Shown: positions 9,873-19,693, numbered from the stretch's first letter. The stretch is DNA of 64,000 bases from Chloroflexota bacterium (GCA_965249595.1 OZ252242.1:197433-261432), one strand, 5' to 3'. The notes: generated by a model from the sequence alone, not told the origin. Made by a program: numbers and translations.

Positions 9873-9979
9873 CCATCGCCGGGTCGGGTGCGGGCCGGGC
9901 AGGTACCAACAATTGCCAGAGGGCGACTTGTGGCGCACAACGCAATTCAATTGGCGCCGTTGCGGCCTAACATCGGCGT

Positions 9980-10579
9980 ATGTTTACCGGCTTGATCGAA
10001 GAAATAGGTCCCGTACTCGGTGTCGCCAGCGGGAAGGGCTTGACCGAGTTCCGGCTGGGTGCCCGATTTGCCGGCGATCTGTCGATCGGTGAGAGCGTGG
10101 CCGTTAACGGAGCCTGCCTGACAGTGACCGAAGTTTTCACGAACGGATTTGCAACACAGGTGGTACCGGAGACTTTGCGGCGAACAAACCTGGGGCAGAT
10201 CGGCAACGGCGACTGCGTCAATCTTGAGCGGGCCCTGCGCGCCGACGGGCGCCTGGGCGGACACATAGTCCAGGGCCATGTCGATTGTTCCGCCAAATTG
10301 GCCACGATCCAACCGGACGGCGACGCAAAAATTCTCTCCTTCACCCACGACCCGGAATATTCACCGCAAATCGTTGAGAAGGGGTTTGTGGCCCTCAACG
10401 GCACCAGCCTCACCGTTACCAGCGCCGGCGATGGCAACTTTTCCGTAGCCTTGATCCCGCACACTTTGAAAGTGACCACGTTCGGCGCCTTAACCGCTGG
10501 TGACGAGTGCAACCTGGAGACTGATATCTTGGCCAAATACATCGTTCGGCTGGCCGCTGCGGCCGGTTCCGCCGCCTAA
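9980..10579 (+). CDS. ribE: Riboflavin synthase
   Basis: MFTGLIEE, NGACLTV, NLERAL and GGHIVQGHVD. Confidence 0.97.
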   Translation: MFTGLIEEIGPVLGVASGKGLTEFRLGARFAGDLSIGESVAVNGACLTVTEVFTNGFATQVVPETLRRTNLGQIGNGDCVNLERALRADGRLGGHIVQGHVDCSAKLATIQPDGDAKILSFTHDPEYSPQIVEKGFVALNGTSLTVTSAGDGNFSVALIPHTLKVTTFGALTAGDECNLETDILAKYIVRLAAAAGSAA

Positions 10580-11785
10580 ATGACCGATTCGGTAACCGCC
10601 GCCGCCGAACGCCTGGCCCAAGGCGAATCCGTGCTGATCACAACCACCGGAACGCGTGAGTATTCGGCCTATCTGACACTGGCGGCCAATGCTGCCTCGG
10701 CATCCAACCTGCTTTCGTTGACCCGGGCAGCGGGCGGCTATTTTGTTGTCGCCGGAGCATCGGTGCTTGAACCACTGCACATTTCGCTCGAGCGCAACAG
10801 TGGCGCCGGCGGTCCGCAGCCGGCGCCGGCGTTCTGCGAATCGGTTGATTTGATCGCTCCGGATCCACATTCATTTGCGGGCCAGGCCGCGACCGTTAGG
10901 GCTCTGGGCAGCGTTCAATCGCAACCGGGTCACTTTAAAAAACCGGGCATCATCCGCCCGTTGCGCGCATTCGAAGGCGGCGTGCTGCGCCGTCCGGGGC
11001 TGCCCGAGGCGGCCACCGATCTGGTGACACTGGCTGGACTTGCCCCGGTGGCCGTGATCGGGCGTCTGCTGGGCGCCGATGGGCGAGATCTGAGCCCGGC
11101 TGAGGCCGGCCAACTGGCCGAGCAACGCTCGACCGCGACCACATCGGTTACCGCCCTGATTCACCATCGACGCCAGAGCGAAAAACTCATTGAACGTCAG
11201 GCCTCGGCCGAAATTCCAACGCCCTGGGGCACCTTCCAGGCAACCGCTTTTCGTGACTCGGTGACCGGCGACGACCACCTGGCGATGGTCTACGGTCAAC
11301 TGCAGCCGGGGGCACCGACCCTGGTGCGGGTGCATGACGAATGTCTCACCGGTGACGTATTTGAATCGCTGCGCTGCGATTGCGGACCGCAGCTAAAAAC
11401 GGCACTGCAGCAGGTGGCCGCGGAGGGCTGCGGGGTGGTCCTTTACATGCGGCAGGAGGGCCGCGGAATCGGATTGGCCAACAAGCTGCAGGCCTATGCC
11501 CTGCAGCAGCAGGATGGGCTGGACACCGTCGATGCCAACATCGCCCTGGGATTTGCGGCTGATGAGCGGGACTACGGGATTGGCGCCCAGATCTTGGCTG
11601 AAATGGGGGTCACCAAACTTCGATTGCTCACCAACAATCCGCGCAAACGATCCGAGATCGCCGGCTACGGGCTCGAAATTGTCGAACAGGTCAAATTACA
11701 GATAGAGCCCAACGAGCACAACGCCGCTTACATGTCCACCAAGAAACATCGCCTCGGTCACGACGTTATCGAGCGGGATTCATAA
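10580..11785 (+). CDS. ribA: RibBA-type fusion: degenerate DHBP synthase domain plus intact GTP cyclohydrolase II
   Basis: C-terminal RVHDECLTGDVF.SLRCDC, QEGRGIGL and TNNPRK are intact; the N-terminal domain lacks DDEDRENEGD and GHTE. Confidence 0.92.
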   Translation: MTDSVTAAAERLAQGESVLITTTGTREYSAYLTLAANAASASNLLSLTRAAGGYFVVAGASVLEPLHISLERNSGAGGPQPAPAFCESVDLIAPDPHSFAGQAATVRALGSVQSQPGHFKKPGIIRPLRAFEGGVLRRPGLPEAATDLVTLAGLAPVAVIGRLLGADGRDLSPAEAGQLAEQRSTATTSVTALIHHRRQSEKLIERQASAEIPTPWGTFQATAFRDSVTGDDHLAMVYGQLQPGAPTLVRVHDECLTGDVFESLRCDCGPQLKTALQQVAAEGCGVVLYMRQEGRGIGLANKLQAYALQQQDGLDTVDANIALGFAADERDYGIGAQILAEMGVTKLRLLTNNPRKRSEIAGYGLEIVEQVKLQIEPNEHNAAYMSTKKHRLGHDVIERDS

Positions 11786-11786
11786 A

Positions 11787-12287
11787 TTGACGGCCAAGCC
11801 AAGCCAGGTTGCGATCGTCGTTTCCGACTACCACCGCAATTACACCGATAAACTGCTCGCCGGCGCCCGGCGCGGGGTGCGGGCGGTTCTAGATCGCCAA
11901 ACCGAAAGTCCCGATACCGTTGCTGGCACAGCGACCGATATCCGGGTGCTCCGCGCCCCGGGCGCCTTCGAACTGCCGCTGCTGGCCAAAATCACGGCCG
12001 CCCGCTCCGAAATCGACGCGGTGATCTGCCTGGGCTGCATCATCCGTTCCGATACCCCGCATTTTGATTTCGTGGCCGGCGAGTGCGCGCGCGGCATCAT
12101 GCAGGCGGGGCTTGACACCGGAGTGCCGGTGATATTTGGCGTGCTCACGCTCGAAAACGAAGCCCAGGCGATCGAGCGCACCAAAGGCGATGACAGCAAT
12201 CGCGGCTTTGAGGCCGGGATGGCGGCCGGCGCAATGGTGCTAACGATCAGGTCGCAGCAAGAGGGATCAACGGGAAACCTCCAGTAG
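11787..12287 (+). CDS. ribH: 6,7-dimethyl-8-ribityllumazine synthase
   Basis: PGAFELP, CLGCIIR.DTPHFD, PVIFGVLT and QAIER. Confidence 0.95.
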   Translation: MTAKPSQVAIVVSDYHRNYTDKLLAGARRGVRAVLDRQTESPDTVAGTATDIRVLRAPGAFELPLLAKITAARSEIDAVICLGCIIRSDTPHFDFVAGECARGIMQAGLDTGVPVIFGVLTLENEAQAIERTKGDDSNRGFEAGMAAGAMVLTIRSQQEGSTGNLQ

Positions 12288-12968
12288 CTCCAGGGCCGCC
12301 AACAGATCGGCGGCAACTATCGGCTCTTTTTTGTAGCGTTCTTTACCGGTGGCGCCGTCGCGGTCGATGAGCACGGCAAAAAATCCGGCGGCGCTGGCGC
12401 CTTGGTAATCCTCGGGGTAGGAGTTGCCCAGGTGGGCGATGCGATCGACGCGGCAATTGGCCTGGGCCCGGGCCAGCTCGAAGATTGCGAAATCGGGCTT
12501 GGCCACCCCGACCAGAGCGGAACACACCACGAAGTCGATCATTTCTTCGATTCCCAGGAAATTGAGCCAATCGATGAGCTTGAATGAGAAATTCGACAGC
12601 ACGCCGACCCGCAGACCCATCGCGCGGGCGCGAATCAGCGCGGCGGTAGTCTCGGGGTAAAGCCGCGGAGGAAAAGACTCGGCAATGGCCTCGCCGACCA
12701 AAAGCGGATCGAGCATCGCACCCTTAGCGCCCATCGAGTCAATTACCATCTGCCCGCAACGCCGGTGCAGGTCGCTAAGCTGTCCCTGGTTTACGGCAAA
12801 TTTGTGGTGGGCGCGATAGTACGGGTATTCGGCGGCAAGACCCTCGGCTACCCCCGCCCGGCCGCCCCTGTAACCGTATTCAGCCAGGCGCTCGGCGACG
12901 GCCTTGACCGGCGAACCGTCCCCCATTGAAAAGAGGGTTCCGAAACCGTCGAAAGTTACCGCCTCGAT
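12267..12968 (-). CDS. HAD-superfamily (IA) hydrolase; true start lies upstream of the called ATG (5' boundary approximate)
   Basis: In-frame motif I IEAVTFDGFGTL upstream of the ATG at 12926; LSN, KPD..IF and HLGNS..ED. Confidence 0.8.
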   Translation of the reverse strand: MEAVTFDGFGTLFSMGDGSPVKAVAERLAEYGYRGGRAGVAEGLAAEYPYYRAHHKFAVNQGQLSDLHRRCGQMVIDSMGAKGAMLDPLLVGEAIAESFPPRLYPETTAALIRARAMGLRVGVLSNFSFKLIDWLNFLGIEEMIDFVVCSALVGVAKPDFAIFELARAQANCRVDRIAHLGNSYPEDYQGASAAGFFAVLIDRDGATGKERYKKEPIVAADLLAALELLEVSR

Positions 12969-13076
12969 AGGGCCGAAAGTGTTTCCGCCCGAACGCGACC
13001 GGCGATGTTCATCCGCCTCTAGAATTTTTTTACCGCCAATTGGCTACCAATTGATCCAGAATCCAAATTACCGCCC

Positions 13077-13895
13077 ATGTTATGCAATTCCAACGAACTA
13101 CAGACCTGGATCGGCGGCGACCGCAAGCTGGCCATCCTTGACCTGCGCAGCCCCGCCGAATATGAGGCGGGCCACATCCCAGGCGCCGTAAACATTGACG
13201 TGCGCTCCTATCACCCCATTATTCGCAGCGAAGAACAACGGGCCGAGGCGACCCGCTTTCTAGTGGACTTGTTCCGTTCCTGCGGGGTGGATAACGATTC
13301 GACCGTCATCCTCTACCAGGCATTTACCGGCTGGGCCTCTTGCCGGGCCTACTGGATGCTCGAATATCTTGGCCAACGCCCCAACTTCGTCCTTGACGGC
13401 GGCTACCGCAACTGGATCGACAGCGGTGGCGCGAGCGAGACCGAGGTCAGGCCGCTGCCGGGCGCAGGCAATCTTTCGCCGGCACCGCGCAGGCGGCTGC
13501 TGGCAACCGCCGATTACATCAGTTCCCGGGTCGGCGATCCCGATGTCCAAATCATTGACATGCGAACCATTGCCGAATATGACGGCACTGACGATCGCGA
13601 CAACCCGCGTCACGGGCATATTCCCGGGGCGATCTGGATGAATTGGGAGATGCTGATCGGCCCTGACGGGACGATGCGCGACGCCAAGGAAGTCGCGGCC
13701 GAATTTGCGCAGCGGGACGTGCAGCCCGACAAAGAAGTGATCGTCTACTGCAACGGCGGGGCGCGATCGGCCTGCGGATTTATTGCCCTCCACCAAGCCG
13801 GCCACCAGAATTTCCGCAACTATTTCGGATCCTGGCACGAATGGTCGCGGCAATATGACCTGCCGATCGAACAGCCTGTCTACGTCGCCAAATAG
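13077..13895 (+). CDS. Two-domain rhodanese / sulfurtransferase
   Basis: GHIPGA occurs twice; VLDGG, active-site YCNGGAR and Y.GSW.EW. Confidence 0.93.
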   Translation: MLCNSNELQTWIGGDRKLAILDLRSPAEYEAGHIPGAVNIDVRSYHPIIRSEEQRAEATRFLVDLFRSCGVDNDSTVILYQAFTGWASCRAYWMLEYLGQRPNFVLDGGYRNWIDSGGASETEVRPLPGAGNLSPAPRRRLLATADYISSRVGDPDVQIIDMRTIAEYDGTDDRDNPRHGHIPGAIWMNWEMLIGPDGTMRDAKEVAAEFAQRDVQPDKEVIVYCNGGARSACGFIALHQAGHQNFRNYFGSWHEWSRQYDLPIEQPVYVAK

Positions 13896-14296
13896 CAATT
13901 CGCGCGACCGGTTTTACCTCGCAAATCAATTGAGCAATACGTGGCCCCGGCAGATTCGGACGGTAAATCATTACATCATCGAATTTCGCATTTCGATGAT
14001 TGCGGCAGGGTCGCGTAGACTGAATTCGCACCACCTCCGATTACGCCGCCGAAACCGGGCATCGATGCCTGCGGCAACGCCCGCCAGGGGTTGACCTACC
14101 GGTAGGTCAATATCCGATTCGGCGGGAACGGACATTTGCTCGATAGCCCGTATTCCCTTTGGCAAGAGGGTGATCGTCAGCATCGCCGGCGGCTGCCACC
14201 GCGCAGTTTGGCTATGGACGGTCTGAGCGAGCCTGCCGCGCGGTCGATTTCCAGCGATTGCGACCATCCCGATCCGTGCTTTTTTTAAGTACGCCT

Positions 14297-14743
14297 TCAG
14301 CCCGCGGCTAACGAGCGCAAGAATTCTTCCTGCTGACGCGATTCGATTGCCCCCGGCCGCACCTTCCGAACCCGGTCGATTGCGGTTTGGCAGTCCTGGC
14401 CCTGCCCGATGAGGATGGCCGCCAGAACAACCCCGGCCCGGCCCCGTCCACCAAAGCAATGAACGAAAACGGCCTTTTCGGCAGCGTTGCAATCGGTAAC
14501 CATCTTCGAGGCCGCGGCGAGCTGGGTCAACGTTGGAACCGCGGATTCGACCACCGGCAGATGGAGCCCCATCTGACCGGCCGACCCCAGGGCGCCGGGG
14601 TCAAGCGGTTCGCCGGTCAGGGTGATCAACGCGTCGAATCCCAGGCGCTTGAGCAGCTTTAGCGAACCGGACAGATCGCCCGAGCGCGCCGGATGAGCGC
14701 CGCCGCCAAGTCGTTTGGGTTGCACCCAGAAATGATCGATCAA
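14297..14743 (-). CDS. Dual-specificity / protein-tyrosine phosphatase-like (CX5R) protein
   Basis: VHCFGGRGRAG and AIDRVRKVRPGAIES..Q. Confidence 0.88.
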   Translation of the reverse strand: MIDHFWVQPKRLGGGAHPARSGDLSGSLKLLKRLGFDALITLTGEPLDPGALGSAGQMGLHLPVVESAVPTLTQLAAASKMVTDCNAAEKAVFVHCFGGRGRAGVVLAAILIGQGQDCQTAIDRVRKVRPGAIESRQQEEFLRSLAAG

Positions 14744-14761
14744 TTCAAGTCAATATTTCAA

Positions 14762-14790
14762 TTTACCGCCGGCTATACGAATGTTATAAC
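14762..14790 (+). promoter_or_regulatory. Putative sigma70 promoter of the sugar ABC operon
   Basis: TTTACC-N17-TATAAC with extended -10 TG; GGGAGGGGA SD before the ATG at 14847. Confidence 0.5.
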
Positions 14791-14846
14791 TGCTTATCTA
14801 TCCAAATGGCACTTGTTTTTCGTCCAGTGTTGGGAGGGGATTGACT

Positions 14847-16334
14847 ATGGGTAAATCGACTATTACGAGGCGACGATTTTTGGCCGGCGGGCTGGCCGGC
14901 GGTGCGGCAGCCATCCTTGCGGCTTGTGGCGAGACGGAGATCGTCGAAAGAATCGTAACCCAGGTCGTCAAGGAGACGATTGTTGAGACCATTGAGGTCG
15001 AACGAATCGTAGAGGTTGAAGCGGTACGAGACGTCGAGGGCGGCCGCGATGTCGCCTATGAGGCGGCAGCCGTCGACTGGCGCAAATACGCCGGCCAGGA
15101 GATTAACGTGCTGGGCGTCCAGGGCTTTGTAACTACCTGGCAGCAGGGCCTGCTGAGTGAATTTGAAGAACTTACCGGCGTAACGGTCAACTACGAACTG
15201 CTCGGTGAAATCCAGCTATTCGATAAGACCAACCTTGAATTGACGTCTAGATCCGCCAATTACGACCTGTTCTGGTCGGCGGCGTTCAACATCCCGCGCT
15301 GGCTCTCCGGCGGTCTGATCCAGGATCTCGCCGTCTACATCAACGACCCCGAGAAAACTGACCTCGAGTGGTACGACTTCGACGACCTGCATCCCTCGGT
15401 GCGGGGAGCGGTCTCGGCCGGGCCGGAGGTCGGCGCCCTGCCGTTCGACGCCGTCACCCATGGTCTGTTCTACCGCCAGGACGTGTTCGAAGAGAAGGGC
15501 ATCACCGATCTGCCCACCTCAATGGACGAGATGGAAGAGGTGGCCGCCAAGCTTCACGACCCCGATAACAATTTTTATGGCATCAGCCTGCGCGGCGCTT
15601 TCCTGCAGATCATGTACCCGGCATTCCCGTACACCTACGGTGGCGGTTACCTCAACGATGCCTGGGAACCGATCATGGATTCTCCCGAGAGCATGGCCGG
15701 CACCCAAAAGTACGTCGATCTGGTTACCAAATACGGGCCGCCGGGGTCATCGACCAAGATTTGGAGAGATGTGCTGGAAGACTTCCGCGGCGGCACGAGC
15801 GGCATGCTGCCAGACACATTCGGTTTTACGCCAGCATTCGAAGCCGCGGATGCCTCATCGATAGTCGGCAAAGCCGGCGTGACATACTTCCCCGGGGTCG
15901 AGCCAGGCTCGAAGGGCGAGCACGGTTTTTGGACCTGGACGGTATGCATGAACGCTTTCTCCGAGCGCAAGGATCCGGCCTGGCTGTACATGCAGTGGGC
16001 GTCATCGAAGCTGACCGCGCTGCGCTTTGCCCTCCTGCGCTGGGTAACGGCCCGCAAATGGGTCACCGAGCAAGCGGTCTGGCAGGACGTCGTCAAAGAC
16101 AAGAACTTTGGCGAGTGGCCGACCGTCTTCGGTTATGGAATCGCCACCGCCCGGCCCGACTATCTGGTCACATCGATTAACGGACGCCCGATTCCCGAAG
16201 CCCAGGACATCCTGCGCACCCAGGGCATTGAGGTTTCCTCAATGGTTGCCGGCGAAAAATCGGTCGAGGATGGCTCCAGGGCCACCGCCGATGCGGTGCG
16301 CGACCTGATGACCAACGCCGGTTATTACTCCTAG
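14847..16334 (+). CDS. Carbohydrate ABC transporter substrate-binding lipoprotein (Tat signal)
   Basis: TRRRFL twin-arginine signal, LAAC lipobox, V/E/T-rich linker and CUT1 SBP motifs (LFYRQDVFE). Confidence 0.92.
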   Translation: MGKSTITRRRFLAGGLAGGAAAILAACGETEIVERIVTQVVKETIVETIEVERIVEVEAVRDVEGGRDVAYEAAAVDWRKYAGQEINVLGVQGFVTTWQQGLLSEFEELTGVTVNYELLGEIQLFDKTNLELTSRSANYDLFWSAAFNIPRWLSGGLIQDLAVYINDPEKTDLEWYDFDDLHPSVRGAVSAGPEVGALPFDAVTHGLFYRQDVFEEKGITDLPTSMDEMEEVAAKLHDPDNNFYGISLRGAFLQIMYPAFPYTYGGGYLNDAWEPIMDSPESMAGTQKYVDLVTKYGPPGSSTKIWRDVLEDFRGGTSGMLPDTFGFTPAFEAADASSIVGKAGVTYFPGVEPGSKGEHGFWTWTVCMNAFSERKDPAWLYMQWASSKLTALRFALLRWVTARKWVTEQAVWQDVVKDKNFGEWPTVFGYGIATARPDYLVTSINGRPIPEAQDILRTQGIEVSSMVAGEKSVEDGSRATADAVRDLMTNAGYYS

Positions 16335-16357
16335 GTAACAAGGCGCCTATTGCGATA

Positions 16358-16388
16358 CCCCGCCCGGAATTTCAATATCCGGGCGGGG
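16358..16388 (+). terminator. Intercistronic stem-loop after the SBP gene (mRNA stabiliser or attenuator)
   Basis: 11-bp stem CCCCGCCCGGA/TCCGGGCGGGG; no U tract. Confidence 0.6.
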
Positions 16389-16495
16389 CGCCCAAGCTCT
16401 TTGGCCCAGACCGTTAGTTGCCCAGTCTCCGCAAGCGCTCTGCAACCGGGTAATCGGCATCGCCCGGCGTCAATCGATTGTTGTAGGGCCGCTCG

Positions 16496-17377
16496 ATGAG
16501 ATTTGGCGGTCGTTCAATCGGCATCGGCATCGGCTTGATGCCGGCCATCGTGGTGCTGTTCGTACTCACGCTGTCGCCGATGCTCCTGAACCTGTACCTG
16601 GCATTCACGTTCTGGCGCGGCGGCATCCAGGACCCGAATTGGATCGGCCTCGGCAATTTCGAATTCCTGCTGGCCGACGCCAACTTTCTAAATTCCATAA
16701 TTCGATCTGCGACCTTTACGTTTTCAGCGGTGATCTTCGAGCTGCTGCTGGGCCTGATCACGGCGATCATGCTCACCCGCCGCCTGCGCGGACGGTCCAT
16801 CTTTCGCGTCGCCATCCTGCTGCCAATGGTGATGACGCCGGTGGTCTCGGCCCTGACCTGGAAAACCCTCATTTACGACCCCAGCTGGGGTCTGACCGGA
16901 TATCTATTCGATCTAGCCGGTTTTGGTCGCGTCGCCGTAGTCGCCGATGTGAATCTCTCGATATTGGGGGTGATCATCGTTGATATTTGGCACTGGACGC
17001 CGTTTGTGACCATCGTCCTCTTCGCCGGGCTCCTCTCGGTGCCCTCTGAGCCACTGGAAGCGGCCCACATTGACGGCGCCAACGCCTGGCAACGCTTCCG
17101 CTACGTGATCCTGCCGATGGTCATGCCCGTGTTGCTGGTGGTGACGATGCTGCGCACGCTTGATGCGTTCCGCACCTTCGACATGATCTACGTAATGACC
17201 CAGGGCGGTCCCGGCCGGGTGACCCAGACCCTGCCGATCTACATTTACGAAACGATGTTCTCGTTTTCCAACTTCGGTGGAGCGGCCGCGGTTGGCTTAT
17301 CCATGACCCTCTTCTCGTTCGTCATGATCGCCATTTTTTCCAAGGCCCTGGCGGCCTCGCGCGGAGCCCAGCACTAA
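16496..17377 (+). CDS. Carbohydrate ABC transporter permease (MalF-like)
   Basis: WIGLGNF, WHWTPF and EAA.IDGA loop. Confidence 0.93.
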   Translation: MRFGGRSIGIGIGLMPAIVVLFVLTLSPMLLNLYLAFTFWRGGIQDPNWIGLGNFEFLLADANFLNSIIRSATFTFSAVIFELLLGLITAIMLTRRLRGRSIFRVAILLPMVMTPVVSALTWKTLIYDPSWGLTGYLFDLAGFGRVAVVADVNLSILGVIIVDIWHWTPFVTIVLFAGLLSVPSEPLEAAHIDGANAWQRFRYVILPMVMPVLLVVTMLRTLDAFRTFDMIYVMTQGGPGRVTQTLPIYIYETMFSFSNFGGAAAVGLSMTLFSFVMIAIFSKALAASRGAQH

Positions 17378-17407
17378 CCGTGGCGGCAACGGCGGAGTCG
17401 GCTTAAC

Positions 17408-18244
17408 GTGCGCACGCGGCGGCGTATCGTGGACGGCCTGGTCTATGCCGGCCTGGTGCTGGCGCTGATCTGGGCCGTGCTGCCAATGTATCTGGTGCTA
17501 ACAACATCGATCAAGATTGGCACCGACGCGTTTACCCTAACGCCCAAACTGATCGGCTTCGAGCCGACGTTCAAGCACTACGAATTTGTAATCAAAGGCG
17601 TGCACCAGGAATTCCTAAGGTTTTTCATCAACTCGATCATCGTATCCACCGGTTCGGTGATCATCGCCCTCGGCGTTTCGATACCGGCCGGCTACGTACT
17701 GGCCCGCTACAACTTCAGCGGCAAACGTCTGTTTGGAATTTTTCTGCTGCTGCCACGGGCGATCCCGCCCATCGCCATGTTGCTGCCGTTCTTCTTCTTC
17801 TATTCGCGGGTCGGACTCATGGATTCGCTGGTTGGCCTGATCCTGGTATATGTCCAGCTGAATCTGTCGATCGGGGTCTGGATGCTGCGTGAATTCATCG
17901 CCGAAATCCCGCTCGAGCTCGAAGAGGCGGCGCTGGTTGACGGCTGCACGCGGCTGGGGTTGATTCGCCGGATAGTCCTGCCGCTGGCGGCCCCGGGAAT
18001 CGCAGCCACGGCCATTCTGCTGCTCATCTTCTCTTGGAACGAGTTTCTTTTCGCGTTCTCGCTGGCCGGCGCCCGGGCCCGCACGGCGCCGGTCAGCGTC
18101 TACAACTTTGTCGGCGTGGAAGAGGTTCTCTGGGGTGAATTGCACGCTGCCGGAACGATGGTCGTGTTGCCGGTGATCATTTTCTCGCTGCTGGTCCAGC
18201 GCCGCATGGCGGCCGGTTTGACGGCCGGCGCGGTCACCGGTTGA
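17408..18244 (+). CDS. Carbohydrate ABC transporter permease (MalG-like)
   Basis: IP.ELEEAALVDG, SWNEFLFA and GLTAGAV. Confidence 0.93.
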   Translation: MRTRRRIVDGLVYAGLVLALIWAVLPMYLVLTTSIKIGTDAFTLTPKLIGFEPTFKHYEFVIKGVHQEFLRFFINSIIVSTGSVIIALGVSIPAGYVLARYNFSGKRLFGIFLLLPRAIPPIAMLLPFFFFYSRVGLMDSLVGLILVYVQLNLSIGVWMLREFIAEIPLELEEAALVDGCTRLGLIRRIVLPLAAPGIAATAILLLIFSWNEFLFAFSLAGARARTAPVSVYNFVGVEEVLWGELHAAGTMVVLPVIIFSLLVQRRMAAGLTAGAVTG

Positions 18245-18446
18245 TCGATCCGCCAGAGCAGAAGCCGCGTTCGCTTCGATTAAGCTAGGTACAGGAGTGT
18301 CTCTGGCGCTCTGGCAAGACACGGCGGTAAGCCGAAGAGTTCTGGTTTTGCCGGATCGTTAATGGGTCGCAAGCGGCCCGGCAGCGGTTCAAGCGATGCG
18401 CGGACGGATTAATGGCCGGGCGCGCGGAAAGGATGCAATTGTCTAT

Positions 18447-19574
18447 ATGGCAAGCGTCACCCTAGACAGCGTCACCAAGCGATTTGGTGAAGTAGTCGCC
18501 GTCAACAATCTGACCCTTGAGGTCGAGGATCAGGAATTCCTGGTTCTGGTGGGACCGTCCGGTTGCGGAAAATCCACCACTCTGCGGCTTATTGCCGGGC
18601 TGGAAGAGATCAGCGAAGGCAACATCTACATCGGCGATCGCGTCGTAAATGATGTGGCCCCCAAGGACCGCGACATCGCCATGGTGTTCCAGAGCTACGC
18701 GCTCTACCCGCACATGTCGGTTTATGACAACCTGGCATTCGGTCTGCGCCTGCGCAAGACCGCCAAGGCCGAGATAACCCGTCGGGTACAGGAAGCCGCC
18801 GAGCTTTTGGCCATCGGCGAACTCCTTGACCGCAAGCCCAAGGAACTGTCCGGTGGGCAGCGCCAGCGAGTCGCCCTCGGTCGGGCGATCGTGCGCGAGC
18901 CCAAGGCGTTCCTCATGGACGAGCCACTCTCCAACCTGGACGCCAAGCTGCGGGTGCAGACCCGTGCCGAGCTAATTCGCCTGCACGAGCGCCTGCAAAC
19001 TACGGTCATTTACGTAACCCACGACCAGACCGAAGCCATGACCATGGGATCGCGAATTGCGGTTCTGCGTGACGGTGTGCTGCAGCAATGCGGGAACCCG
19101 CAGGGGGTCTACGACCATCCGGCCAACATGTTTGTCGCCGGATTTATTGGCAGTCCGTCAATGAACTTCTTCGACGCCAAAGTCGTCGGCACTGCGGACA
19201 ACCTGCAGATTGAAGCCTTTGAAGGCCAATTGCTTGACGTTCCGCCCGACCGTCGCCAGGCCTACGCGACGCACATCGGCCAGGACGTAATCTTCGGGCT
19301 TCGCCCCGAGGACCTCTGGACGCCGGTATTTGCGCCTGACCGGGCTACCAAGGACCAGACCATCCAAAGCAAGGTCGACGTGTTCGAGCCGCTTGGTTCT
19401 GAGATTTATCTGTACCTGGTCACCGATGACAATTCGTACATCGCCCGGGTTGACCCGCGGACCGATGCGCACGCTGGTGAGGACTTCACGGTCGTCTTTG
19501 ACATGAATCACATGCACCTGTTCGACCCGATGACCCAAGAGATCATCGGCGAGGAGCCGGCCGGCATTTCATAA
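18447..19574 (+). CDS. Carbohydrate ABC transporter ATPase (UgpC/MsmX/MsiK type)
   Basis: GPSGCGKST, LSGGQRQR, DEPLSNLDAKLR and C-terminal TOBE-like region; GAAAGGA SD. Confidence 0.96.
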   Translation: MASVTLDSVTKRFGEVVAVNNLTLEVEDQEFLVLVGPSGCGKSTTLRLIAGLEEISEGNIYIGDRVVNDVAPKDRDIAMVFQSYALYPHMSVYDNLAFGLRLRKTAKAEITRRVQEAAELLAIGELLDRKPKELSGGQRQRVALGRAIVREPKAFLMDEPLSNLDAKLRVQTRAELIRLHERLQTTVIYVTHDQTEAMTMGSRIAVLRDGVLQQCGNPQGVYDHPANMFVAGFIGSPSMNFFDAKVVGTADNLQIEAFEGQLLDVPPDRRQAYATHIGQDVIFGLRPEDLWTPVFAPDRATKDQTIQSKVDVFEPLGSEIYLYLVTDDNSYIARVDPRTDAHAGEDFTVVFDMNHMHLFDPMTQEIIGEEPAGIS

Positions 19575-19612
19575 ATGCCACGGCGTTGATAGTTTTTAAC
19601 GCTTGATTCAAG

Positions 19613-19654
19613 AGAGGCTGGGGTTAATCGCCCCAGCCTCTTCGTCTACTTTTT
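19613..19654 (+). terminator. Rho-independent terminator
   Basis: 11-bp stem AGAGGCTGGGG/CCCCAGCCTCT followed by a T-rich tail. Confidence 0.7.
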
Positions 19655-19693
19655 GGTCTTGACCTCGACCCACCCAGAATCTCGGCCCCGTTA

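Noticed and set aside
13971-14183. 70-aa minus-strand ORF (MLTITLLPKG...)
   Set aside because: No motif or RBS; cannot be supported without homology
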